Virus record (IMG/VR): IMGVR_UViG_3300042860_003408
Span: 1-64,000 of that record
Source: a virus
Reading direction: 5' to 3' (one strand)
Length of the DNA stretch: 64,000 nt
Part shown: piece by piece, positions 1 through 8,910 of the stretch
How the letters are laid out: each line of letters opens with the position of its first letter
Numbering within the stretch: position 1 is the stretch's first letter
Made by a program: the position numbers and the translations under genes
The notes under the pieces: model-generated
Database searches by the model: none
What the model was told of the DNA's origin: nothing
The model's input: the letters and a program-made list of their open reading frames with translations, nothing else

Positions 1-2
1 AA

Positions 3-227
3 GTAGATAAGAAGATTATTTCTATAATATGTCAATTCCCATTCATGTTCTTAAGAAGACGAATAATGGACCCAGTTAATGAAGATATAGTAATGATTCA
101 TTTCTTTGGGAAGTTTAGAATAAAAAGAACTCAGATTGGAAAGAAGCTTGAGAAATACAGAAAGACTGTAGAATTAGAAAAAAGATTATTTAAAATTAGT
201 AAAAGTGAACAAAGACATAATGTTTAG
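3..227 (+). CDS. HU/IHF-like small basic DNA-binding protein, 5' truncated by the window edge
   Basis: The frame is open from position 3 (VDKKIISIICQFPFMFLRRRIMD...IVMIHFFGKFRIK). The 'I..FGKF' motif and basic composition resemble the HU/IHF fold. Confidence 0.45.
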   Translation, partial: VDKKIISIICQFPFMFLRRRIMDPVNEDIVMIHFFGKFRIKRTQIGKKLEKYRKTVELEKRLFKISKSEQRHNV

Positions 228-630
228 CAGTGGAACTGGAAATTGGTCAACGCCAATAGACCTATTCAAAGACTTAGATAATAAGTATAAATTTACAGTG
301 GATGTATGTGCTGATACTAGTAATTATAAGGTTAAGAGATACTATAATGAGAAGCAAGATGGCTTATCTAAAGACTGGAGTAATGAGATAGTGTGGTGTA
401 ATCCACCTTATTCAAATTGCTCAGATTGGGTTAGAAAGGCGGCTGAATCTAAAAACTGCTTAGTAGTAATGCTAGTCCCCGCTAGAGTAGATACGCGGTG
501 GTTTCATGACTACATATATAAGAAAGACAACATATCTTATGAATTTATAAAAGGCAGATTAAAGTTCTCTGGCAGCAAGACAAGTGCACCATTTCCATCA
601 ATGATAGTGATATTTAATAATTATGAGTAA
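205..630 (+). CDS. Phage DNA N6-adenine methyltransferase (Dam-like)
   Basis: Motifs W-S-T-P, F-T-V-D-V-C-A, catalytic WCNPPYS, 'VMLVPARVDTRWF', 'GRLKF' and 'APFPS' are typical of this phage family. Confidence 0.9.
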   Translation: MNKDIMFSSGTGNWSTPIDLFKDLDNKYKFTVDVCADTSNYKVKRYYNEKQDGLSKDWSNEIVWCNPPYSNCSDWVRKAAESKNCLVVMLVPARVDTRWFHDYIYKKDNISYEFIKGRLKFSGSKTSAPFPSMIVIFNNYE

Positions 631-787
631 GACTAGATTAGAATTTTATGTATCAGAAGCCTGGAAGAGAGCGCCGATAGGCAATAAGGTAAACTGGCTT
701 ATAGAAAGAAGTAATGAACAACGAACAATAAGAAACAATGAAAATAACAAAAATAAACAACCTAGCGAAGACTCCGGACGTGACTAA
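623..787 (+). CDS. Possible small hypothetical protein (54 aa, below the ORF track cutoff)
   Basis: ATG at 623 overlaps the end of the methylase gene (MSKTRLEFYVSEAWKRAP...). It fills the gap to the next gene and overlaps it by 50 nt. Confidence 0.35.
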   Translation: MSKTRLEFYVSEAWKRAPIGNKVNWLIERSNEQRTIRNNENNKNKQPSEDSGRD

Positions 788-1154
788 CGGAATAATTAGT
801 TTTGAGGCAGTAGACGTATCAGTTGAAGCTGGAGCAGATAATAAAGTAGTACTTGGATATAAAACAGGATTAACAATAGAGATGAATGAGGACGAGATAG
901 GTATACTATTGGCTCCTGAGCGAGCTGTTGGGAATTCATTATATCAAGCAGGAGGCCCTCAAATAGTCGTAGGCTCAAGCACAGAAGAGCTTGTAGTGCG
1001 ATATAAGGTAAATACTGACGCTATACCTTCATTATTCAAACAAGAGGATATTATAGGTAGAATGATTATAATTAAGAAGCCTACTATTGAATTTGAGTTT
1101 GAAGATAAATCAGAAGCTCCTAAAAAAGATGTTCCTGCAGCTAATCCTGAATAA
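738..1154 (+). CDS. Degenerate trimeric dUTPase-like protein
   Basis: The pattern 'KITKINNLAKTP...YKTGLTIEM..EIGILL.P.R...EELVV...DIIGRMII' follows the dUTPase fold, but the catalytic motifs are altered. Confidence 0.55.
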   Translation: MKITKINNLAKTPDVTNGIISFEAVDVSVEAGADNKVVLGYKTGLTIEMNEDEIGILLAPERAVGNSLYQAGGPQIVVGSSTEELVVRYKVNTDAIPSLFKQEDIIGRMIIIKKPTIEFEFEDKSEAPKKDVPAANPE

Positions 1155-1156
1155 TA

Positions 1157-1684
1157 ATGAAATACTTTGATATAAGTGGAGATAATGTAGTTGTTCATGC
1201 AGATGCTTTAGCAATTCCAGCATTCACAGACATATGGAATAAGTTTGATGACAAGTCAATAGCTACTAATATAATAAAATATATAGTACTGAACAATCAT
1301 CACGATAGTCCATATGTCAAATCAATGCCTACTGAGATTAGAAAGAAGAAGCTAGTAGATAGATTATTCGCTGGAGACTCAGTGCTGGTAGATAGTTTTT
1401 CTGAAGCAGAGGCAATGTATGTTGCATTTACAGATACATTATCGCTACAGATGCTTAGAGGATTAAGGCTTAATATAGAGCTAATGACAAAGTCTCTTAG
1501 AAAATCAACTAACGAGGATATGTCATTTAGAGATATGAAAGAGCTGCTAGATTTAGCGTCTAAAGCAGAGAAGGCTATTAAATCTATTAAGAACTTAGAA
1601 GACCAGGTTAGAAAAGACGAATTAGAAACATCTACTGTTAGAGGCGGAGGAAAGGTTGGATATTATGAAATTCCTAGGAAATAA
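1157..1684 (+). CDS. Conserved crAss-like hypothetical protein (possible terminase small subunit)
   Basis: 175 aa and helical, ending in 'VRGGGKVGYYE'; lies upstream of the terminase. Function is inferred from position only. Confidence 0.45.
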   Translation: MKYFDISGDNVVVHADALAIPAFTDIWNKFDDKSIATNIIKYIVLNNHHDSPYVKSMPTEIRKKKLVDRLFAGDSVLVDSFSEAEAMYVAFTDTLSLQMLRGLRLNIELMTKSLRKSTNEDMSFRDMKELLDLASKAEKAIKSIKNLEDQVRKDELETSTVRGGGKVGYYEIPRK

Positions 1685-2084
1685 TATGAAGATATATACA
1701 TTTCACCCAAACATATATCCAGTAAGAATATGGATTGTAGTAAATGGAGATAAAAGAAAACTAGCGGAAGAGTTTGAGTATATCAAAGATGGAGAAGACT
1801 ACTTACATGAAGAGGTTAATCCTAATACAAAAATGAAAACATACGCATATTGCTCTGAGTTGCTATATAATAGAAAGACAACTAATTCTGGAGTCATGAT
1901 ATACCTTGGAGCTGAGCTAAAGCCAAGTGAAATGGCACACGAGGCGTGTCATGCAGCAGATATGATATATAATTACATAGGAGAGGATACTATAGATTTC
2001 GGCTCTGAAGCAAATGCGTATTTAGTAGGTTGGATTGTAGAAAAAATAGATGAAGTTTGTCGAGTTGAATTTAAAGAAAAATAA
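1656..2084 (+). CDS. Small zincin-like (HExxH) protein; real start probably at 1686
   Basis: 'MAHEACHAA' followed by 'SEANAYLVGW', which would supply the third-ligand Glu. Confidence 0.6.
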   Translation: MDIMKFLGNNMKIYTFHPNIYPVRIWIVVNGDKRKLAEEFEYIKDGEDYLHEEVNPNTKMKTYAYCSELLYNRKTTNSGVMIYLGAELKPSEMAHEACHAADMIYNYIGEDTIDFGSEANAYLVGWIVEKIDEVCRVEFKEK

Positions 2085-2090
2085 AATAAC

Positions 2091-2333
2091 ATGGAAAATA
2101 AATACTACACCCCAACATTGAGAGAATTGCTGATTGCAATCATAGATGGAGATGAGATTTACTCAAGAAATAAAGACAGTGAACTAATCGCATTTAAATC
2201 TAAATCTCCATTATCATCCTTATATGAATTCATAATGATAAACAACAAACAAAGCAATATTGATGGATCTATAGACTTTAGCATTAATTTAAATAATTAT
2301 TTATTAAAAATAAAAGATGGAAAGCGGATTTAA
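2091..2333 (+). CDS. Hypothetical protein
   Basis: 80-aa ORF tightly packed in the operon; N-terminus MENKYYTPT. Confidence 0.6.
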   Translation: MENKYYTPTLRELLIAIIDGDEIYSRNKDSELIAFKSKSPLSSLYEFIMINNKQSNIDGSIDFSINLNNYLLKIKDGKRI

Positions 2334-2820
2334 AATAGTAGATACAGGATGGGGAACGCAGGTAGAATTGACACAGATGGTATTCATAAAAGGGAATATA
2401 CCAAGCAGCAAGAACAGCAAGGTAGCAACAAGCAAGGGGATCTTCCACTCGAAGACAGTGGGAAAATTCTTAAGGGAGATGGGTATTCAACACTACTCGG
2501 TATCAAAGAAAGAGATAACCTACTACAAGACTCGGCCATGCATGTTTCCGGTAAAAGACCTCAAGGACTTAATCTCTGGGTCATTGAAGACAGGATTAGA
2601 GGGAGGGCCTATAAAAATTGGCGTTCACTTCGTTCGCCAAACAAAATCTAAGTTTGACTTCCATAATATATGTCAAATAATATTCGACTTAATGGTGGCA
2701 TTCGACATAATCGAGGATGATAATATGGACTGTATACTCCCATTTCCTATGAAGATAGATAACAAGTGGTATACGGTAGACAAAGATAATCCAGGCTGTT
2801 ATATTTCTATATTGATATAA
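2317..2820 (+). CDS. RusA-like Holliday junction resolvase
   Basis: 'IPSSKNS', 'D-F-H-N...D-L-M...IIEDDN' and the C-terminal 'DKDNPGCYI' match the RusA acidic motifs. Confidence 0.75.
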   Translation: MESGFKIVDTGWGTQVELTQMVFIKGNIPSSKNSKVATSKGIFHSKTVGKFLREMGIQHYSVSKKEITYYKTRPCMFPVKDLKDLISGSLKTGLEGGPIKIGVHFVRQTKSKFDFHNICQIIFDLMVAFDIIEDDNMDCILPFPMKIDNKWYTVDKDNPGCYISILI

Positions 2821-2886
2821 GGAATATAAATCAAAATAAACAACTAAATATAATATACGTTTTTATACGTAAAACAAACTAATGTT

Positions 2887-3171
2887 ATGAAAAACACAAA
2901 AGCAAACAAGGTGGAAGCCACTAATGAAGTGATGCCTACAGTAGAAGTAATTAACGAACAAGTTAAACCAGTGGTTAAGAAAAACTATAAACCACGTAAG
3001 AAACATAACAAGAACAAACAAGAGCAGCCTAAAATTGTTGTCCTTGCAGTAGAAGATGTGGCAATCCCAGAGAATGCCATCCTTGATGTATTTACATCTG
3101 AGGATATTACTCCTACTAAGAAAGAAAAATTTAAGTTCCTAAACTGGTTGAGAAAAACTTTTAAATGGTAA
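2887..3171 (+). CDS. Hypothetical basic protein
   Basis: 94 aa, Lys-rich, with an amphipathic C-terminal 'FLNWLRKTFKW'; overlaps the terminase start. Confidence 0.6.
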   Translation: MKNTKANKVEATNEVMPTVEVINEQVKPVVKKNYKPRKKHNKNKQEQPKIVVLAVEDVAIPENAILDVFTSEDITPTKKEKFKFLNWLRKTFKW

Positions 3172-5213
3172 ATTTCAATAAGAAATACAAGAACGTAGAA
3201 CACTTTCAAGCCCCGGCGCTTCATTTCCAGAAGCACGGGGTTTACTGTTTTGCACCAGAAGGGACAACCGAGTATACTGAATACTGGGATAAAGAAGAGT
3301 CTAGATGTCTTGACGGATATACAGCTCCAAATGGAGATTGGATTAGTGGGTATAACTATTTCTATTTAAACTACTGCCCTATATTAAGGCTTGTAGAGAT
3401 TCAGTATAAAGATAGGAATGGAAATATAAAAACTAGACGTGAGAAGAATAGGGAGTTTCCTGACTTCTATGACTACGATGCTCATTACTTTACAGCTGTT
3501 CAAGATGCTGAAGATGATGGAAAACATATGGTTGTTCTAAAGAAACGTGGTAGTGGATATTCATTCAAGGGCGCATCAATGCTCGTTAGAAACTACGCTT
3601 TAATCCCTGAATCTAAATCATATGCCGTAGCCTCAGAGGCTGAATATCTAATAAAGGATGGTGTTTTATCAAAAGCATGGGACTTAATAGACTTTATAGA
3701 TAACAATACTGCTTGGTCAAAAAAGAAGCTTGTTACAACTAAAATGCATAGAAAGTCTGGATTTAAAATCAAAGATGAGTTTGGAAACGAGACTGAGGCT
3801 GGATTTAAATCTGAGATAATCGGGGTTACATTAAAGAATGACCCAAATAAAATTCGTGGTAAACGTGGAAAGATAATACTATTCGAGGAGGCTGGTTCCT
3901 TCAAGGATATATTGCAAGCATGGCAAATAGCTAGACCGTCAGTAGAAGAAGATGGATATGCTTACGCTATGCTTATTGCGTATGGTACAGGCGGAGATGA
4001 AGGTAGTAGGTTTGATGGATTAAAGGAGATGTTCTACCATGCAGATGGTTATAACGTAAAGACTTTCCCTAATATATGGGATACTGGAGCTGAAGGTACT
4101 AAATGTGCTTTCTTTGTACCTGTATGGGCTAATATGTCTATGCTTGATGCAAAAGGCAATAAGCTGTACATGGATAAGTTTGGCAATAGTCTAAAGGAAA
4201 AAGCCACTGACTTTGCCATGTCTGAGAGGAAGAAAGTAATAGATGGAGCGTCAGATTCAAGGGCAATAGATAGATATGTAGCTGAGAACCCAATGACGCC
4301 CCAGGAGGCTTGTTTAGAGCTCACTGGTAACATCTTCCCGAAGAAAGACCTAATGACGCAGCTCAATGCTATACGCGTCAACAAGAAGCTTCAAAACCAT
4401 AAACAGGTGGGTGATTTAAACTGGGTAAATGGCCAGGTTGAATGGACTATAAAGAAGACTGGAGATATTACTAAATATCCATTAGGTAAAGACGATAAGA
4501 AAGAAGGATCTATAGTTATATGGGAGCACCCAGTGAAAGATGCACCAGCAGGATTATATATAGCAGGCAATGACCCTTATGACTTTAACGAAGCTGCTAA
4601 TTCAACATCACTTGGAGCTACTATAGTATATAAAAGATTCCAAAACTTTGAAGAGTACTATGACATTATAGTGGCTGAATATACAGGTAGGCCTGATACG
4701 GCTGATGAGTACTATGAGAATGTGCGTAAGCTAATGATGTATTATAATGCTAGATTACTATATGAGAATGAAAAAAAAGGCTTATATACGTACTTTACTA
4801 ATAAGCACTGTGACTATCTTTTAGCAGACCAGCCTGACATTATATCAGATATTATATCTAAATCCACCGTAAATAGGCGGAAAGGCATACACATGACAAA
4901 GGGTATAATAGACTTCTCTGAGATACTAATCAAGGACTGGCTCAACGAAGAATATGCTCCTGGATACAAAAATTTAACTAGAATATTGTCTGAGCCATTA
5001 TTGGAAGAACTAATTCAATATAATAGCAAAGGAAACTTTGACCGAGTTAGAGCACTGCAATGCTTGATGATATATAGAGAACAATTACATAATCTGCATG
5101 TAAAAAAGAAAGCAGAAGAAGAAAAAAGTATGAGGCTTTTTGAAGTCCCATTATTTGGCTCTAAATGGTTCGAAACAGGTAGAGACAATAGAAAATCATT
5201 ATTAAATTTTTAA
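3165..5213 (+). CDS. terL: Terminase large subunit
   Basis: Walker A-like 'LKKRGSGYS', Walker B 'ILFEEAG', coupling motif 'YGTGG', RNase H-like nuclease 'AGNDPY' and 'GNFDRV'; lies upstream of the portal. Confidence 0.93.
   Translation: MVNFNKKYKNVEHFQAPALHFQKHGVYCFAPEGTTEYTEYWDKEESRCLDGYTAPNGDWISGYNYFYLNYCPILRLVEIQYKDRNGNIKTRREKNREFPDFYDYDAHYFTAVQDAEDDGKHMVVLKKRGSGYSFKGASMLVRNYALIPESKSYAVASEAEYLIKDGVLSKAWDLIDFIDNNTAWSKKKLVTTKMHRKSGFKIKDEFGNETEAGFKSEIIGVTLKNDPNKIRGKRGKIILFEEAGSFKDILQAWQIARPSVEEDGYAYAMLIAYGTGGDEGSRFDGLKEMFYHADGYNVKTFPNIWDTGAEGTKCAFFVPVWANMSMLDAKGNKLYMDKFGNSLKEKATDFAMSERKKVIDGASDSRAIDRYVAENPMTPQEACLELTGNIFPKKDLMTQLNAIRVNKKLQNHKQVGDLNWVNGQVEWTIKKTGDITKYPLGKDDKKEGSIVIWEHPVKDAPAGLYIAGNDPYDFNEAANSTSLGATIVYKRFQNFEEYYDIIVAEYTGRPDTADEYYENVRKLMMYYNARLLYENEKKGLYTYFTNKHCDYLLADQPDIISDIISKSTVNRRKGIHMTKGIIDFSEILIKDWLNEEYAPGYKNLTRILSEPLLEELIQYNSKGNFDRVRALQCLMIYREQLHNLHVKKKAEEEKSMRLFEVPLFGSKWFETGRDNRKSLLNF
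4308..4397. repeat. Weak copy of the dispersed phased inverted-repeat element (inside terL)
   Basis: Left arm GCTTGTTTAGAGCTC and right arm AGAAGCTTCAAAAC; the core span is 84 bp, as in the stronger copies. Confidence 0.4.
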
Positions 5214-5219
5214 GCGCTT

Positions 5220-7763
5220 ATGAAAAATCAAATAACTGCATTCCCAATACAGAAGCTTCCAATGAAGCAAAAGGATGAGGAATGGGGAGAACTATGCGTC
5301 GACTACATAATAAGTAGTGGAGAGCAGAACTCGAAGATGTTTGGAGACAAGACTGAATTCGATGAAATGAAATCGAACTACGATCTATACAATAGTATCT
5401 TTGACAAAAACGACCTGAAGTATGTTACAGACCCATTTAATCAAGAAGATGGATTTCCTGCTTCACCTCAGAACTTCAATATAATAAAACCAAAAATAGA
5501 CCTTTTAATTGGAGAGGAAACTAAAAGGCCTGACAATTATAAGATATCCAGGACCAGTCAATCAGCTGCATCAGATATGCAGGATTCTATGAAGCAAATG
5601 CTTATGGAATATGTAATGGCATCTGTAACTGCATCAATGTCAGAGGAACAAGCTGCTGAATTTCAAGCTAAGCTTGAGTCTGGTGAGGTTATGCCACCTG
5701 AGAAGATTGCGTCATTTATGTCTAAAGAGTATAAAGATGTAGCAGAATCATCTGCATATCATGCAATGAGTTATCTTAAGGAGAGGCTTAATACGAGACA
5801 TGAATTTAATAAAGGATTCTCTGACTTGCTAAAAGGTTCTAAAGAGATATTTTATGTAGGGATTCAAAACGGGGATCCTACATTGGAGCGAGTAAATCCA
5901 TTATACTTCACTCATGACACTGCACCTGACTTAGAATTCATTGAAGATGGAGACTGGGCTTGCAGACGAATGAGAATGTCTTATACAGAAGCATATGATA
6001 GATTGTACGATAAAATGTCAGAAAAAGACCTAGACAAGCTATTGGATATTACAGGACAAAAACCTACATCAGGCAAATACGGCCCTATGAAGAATTCAAT
6101 GGTTGATTACGTGCACATGGACACTATGATATCAAATCCTAGAAATGAAGACAATTTTGACTCAAATGTCGTTAACGTATGGCATGCTACATGGAAATCA
6201 TATAAGAAAATAGGCTTCGTTAAGTATATAGACGATAATGGAGAATTGGTAGAAACTGTTGTCTCTGAGAACTATTTGGTTATTGGAACAGAAGAGTCTA
6301 TTGAATGGAAATGGGTTATTGAGGTATGGGAAGGCTACAGAATTGGGGCTGATTTATACGTAGGAGTGCAGCCGATAGAATACCAACATGTATCTAGAGA
6401 AAATCCAAATTCGCAGAAATTGCCATACTTCGGCGTAATATATAATGGTGGAAAATCATTAGTGTCAATAATGAAGCCACTTCAATATATGTATATTATA
6501 CTTTGGTATCGACTTGAGTTGGCGCTAGCTAGAGATAAAGGTAAGGTACTTAATATGGACATAACGCAGATACCTAAGGACATGAATATAGATCCAGCAA
6601 AATGGATGCACTATTTATCTGCAGTAGGTGTTAACTTTATTAATCCATACGACAATGGATATGATATTCCAGGCAGAGAAGGAGGTAGGGCTAGTGGCTT
6701 TAATCAGATAGCTGCAGTGGACTTAACAATGTCTAATGTTATTGGAGAGTACGTCAATCTTATGTCTAAGATAGAAGATATGATATCAGAAATATCTGGT
6801 GTAACTAGGCAAAGACAAGGTTCTATATCAAGTAGCGAGCTTGTTGGAAATGTTGAACGCTCTGTACAGCAGTCCGCATATATAACTGAATCGTTATTCT
6901 GGACCCATAGCCAATGTAAAAAGAACGTCTTAAAAGGGCTTATAAATACAGCTAAAGAGGCATGGAGAGATTCAGGTAAGACTAAATTACATTACATACT
7001 TGATGATTCCACAAGGACATTCCTTGAATTAGAGGAGCCATTCTTCTATGAAGATATGGATATATTTGTTGTAGATTCAACTAAAGAGATGCAAAACCTT
7101 GAAATGGTTAAAAGCCTTTATCAACCTGCGATGCAGAACGGAGCTACGCTTCTTGATATTGCCGAGATTATAACTCTTGATAATATTACAGAGATGAAGC
7201 AAGCGTTGAAGCGCATTGAAGAGAAAAGGATGCAATTGCAAGAGCAGGCTAATCAAGCTGAGAATGATAGACAAATGCAGCTTATACAAGCCCAAAACGA
7301 AGCCAAGCAAGTTGAAATGCAGCTTAGGTCTGCTGAGCTTGATATGGAGAAATATAAGATAGATACTGATAATCAGACTAGAATATATGTTGCCCAGCTT
7401 AACGCATATAGAGGCGCTGAGGATTTAGATGCAGATATGAATGGAGTTCCAGATCCAATAGAACTTGGAAATCTAGCCATAAAACAAACTCAAATGAATG
7501 CAGATATAGCTGATAAGGCTATGCAAGCGTCAGAGAAAATGAGAGCTGAATCTGCTAAGATAGATATAGAAAAAAGAAAAGTAGCCGCATCTGAGAAGGC
7601 AGAGCAAGCTAAGGTAGAGATTGAGAAATCAAAACTTAATCTTGAAAGATACAAGGTAGAGCAAGCCAAGGTTCTTCAAAAAGCCAAAGATGATGCAGCC
7701 TACAAAAGAGAACAATTAAAAGCAAAAACAGCTAGAGCTAATAAGGTTTCTGGCGAGAAATAA
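5220..7763 (+). CDS. Portal protein (crAss-type)
   Basis: 847 aa directly after terL; 'FPIQKLP...K..EW', 'NIIKPKIDLLIGEE', 'ISGVTRQRQG' and a long C-terminal coiled coil. Confidence 0.9.
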   Translation: MKNQITAFPIQKLPMKQKDEEWGELCVDYIISSGEQNSKMFGDKTEFDEMKSNYDLYNSIFDKNDLKYVTDPFNQEDGFPASPQNFNIIKPKIDLLIGEETKRPDNYKISRTSQSAASDMQDSMKQMLMEYVMASVTASMSEEQAAEFQAKLESGEVMPPEKIASFMSKEYKDVAESSAYHAMSYLKERLNTRHEFNKGFSDLLKGSKEIFYVGIQNGDPTLERVNPLYFTHDTAPDLEFIEDGDWACRRMRMSYTEAYDRLYDKMSEKDLDKLLDITGQKPTSGKYGPMKNSMVDYVHMDTMISNPRNEDNFDSNVVNVWHATWKSYKKIGFVKYIDDNGELVETVVSENYLVIGTEESIEWKWVIEVWEGYRIGADLYVGVQPIEYQHVSRENPNSQKLPYFGVIYNGGKSLVSIMKPLQYMYIILWYRLELALARDKGKVLNMDITQIPKDMNIDPAKWMHYLSAVGVNFINPYDNGYDIPGREGGRASGFNQIAAVDLTMSNVIGEYVNLMSKIEDMISEISGVTRQRQGSISSSELVGNVERSVQQSAYITESLFWTHSQCKKNVLKGLINTAKEAWRDSGKTKLHYILDDSTRTFLELEEPFFYEDMDIFVVDSTKEMQNLEMVKSLYQPAMQNGATLLDIAEIITLDNITEMKQALKRIEEKRMQLQEQANQAENDRQMQLIQAQNEAKQVEMQLRSAELDMEKYKIDTDNQTRIYVAQLNAYRGAEDLDADMNGVPDPIELGNLAIKQTQMNADIADKAMQASEKMRAESAKIDIEKRKVAASEKAEQAKVEIEKSKLNLERYKVEQAKVLQKAKDDAAYKREQLKAKTARANKVSGEK

Positions 7764-7781
7764 ATTTAAATAGATTAAATT

Positions 7782-8879
7782 ATGAAAGATACACTAAATG
7801 GATTTTCTGCCATATTCGAAGAGATATCGAACGAAGGTATTGACCCAGAGAAAGTATTAGGCGGAGGAAACGAGCCAGAGATAGATGAGAATGGAAATGT
7901 TAAATATAGCGAAAAGCTAGATAGGCTTCCATCAGGTGATGAGCCAGATATGACTCCGGATGATTTGGATATAGAGCCAGACAAGGATGACGATGATGAA
8001 CCAGAAGAAAAGATATCTACAGAAGAAGATGAGCCTGCTGAAACAGGAGATGAGGCTACTGCTTTATTCTTTGATGCGATAGCAGAGGCTGCTGGGTGGG
8101 AAGATATTGACGCTGAGGCAAAACCAAAGACTCCAGAGGAGCTTATAGAATACTTTAAGGACGTTATATCTGAGAACTCAAAACCTCAATACGCTAATGA
8201 TGATGTAGCAGCTCTTGATGAATTCGTTAGAAACGGTGGAAAGATGGAGGACTTTATCAAGGCTTCCGGTGAATTCGACTATGATAACATAGACACATCT
8301 AATGAGTATATGCAAAAACGAGTAGTTAGCGAATTCTTATCAAAGAAAGGTTTCTCGGAAGCTCAAATATCAAGAAAGCTAGAGAAGTATGAAGATGCTG
8401 AAATTCTAGAAGACGAGGCAAAAGACGCAATTGAGTCTCTAAAAGAGATGGCTCAAGAAGACAAGAAAACGCTATTAGAAGAACAGAAGAAAAGTAGAGC
8501 TCTCGCAGAACAGGAACAACAAAAGTTTGTTGACACCGTTATGAGTGAAATAGAGGCTATGGACAATGTTCGCGGTATTAAAATACCAAAAGAAGATAAA
8601 AAAGCCTTGACCAATTATCTATTTAATGTAGAATCTGACGGTAGAACTAAATATCAAAAGGACTACGCCAAATCTACTAAAAACTTAATAGAGTCCGCAT
8701 ACTTCACTATGAAGGGCGACTCACTATTAAACTCCGCGAAAAAAAGTGGAGAAACAACCGCCACTGATAAATTCAGACAGGCGATAAAGACGACTGGGCT
8801 TGGAAAGTCTAAACAGCCAATAAGTACCGGAGCTAGTGCACCACTATGGACCTTAGCCTCAAAATCACTACTGGCATAA
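7782..8879 (+). CDS. Acidic scaffold-like/structural protein between portal and major capsid protein
   Basis: Very acidic N-terminus followed by a coiled coil; conserved position in crAss-like phages. Confidence 0.7.
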   Translation: MKDTLNGFSAIFEEISNEGIDPEKVLGGGNEPEIDENGNVKYSEKLDRLPSGDEPDMTPDDLDIEPDKDDDDEPEEKISTEEDEPAETGDEATALFFDAIAEAAGWEDIDAEAKPKTPEELIEYFKDVISENSKPQYANDDVAALDEFVRNGGKMEDFIKASGEFDYDNIDTSNEYMQKRVVSEFLSKKGFSEAQISRKLEKYEDAEILEDEAKDAIESLKEMAQEDKKTLLEEQKKSRALAEQEQQKFVDTVMSEIEAMDNVRGIKIPKEDKKALTNYLFNVESDGRTKYQKDYAKSTKNLIESAYFTMKGDSLLNSAKKSGETTATDKFRQAIKTTGLGKSKQPISTGASAPLWTLASKSLLA

Positions 8880-8910
8880 TATAATTGGCCAATTAATTAA
8901 TCAGTTTTAT

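Noticed and set aside
2349-2651. 100-aa alternate-frame ORF inside the RusA-like gene
   Set aside because: It is fully nested, has no recognisable motif, and is probably a chance result of locally higher GC.
8700-8875. Additional copy of the phased inverted-repeat element (similar hints near 7140-7220 and 62195-62270)
   Set aside because: There is some AT/GC alternation, but I could not find paired arms at the 83-85 or 95-96 bp spacing.
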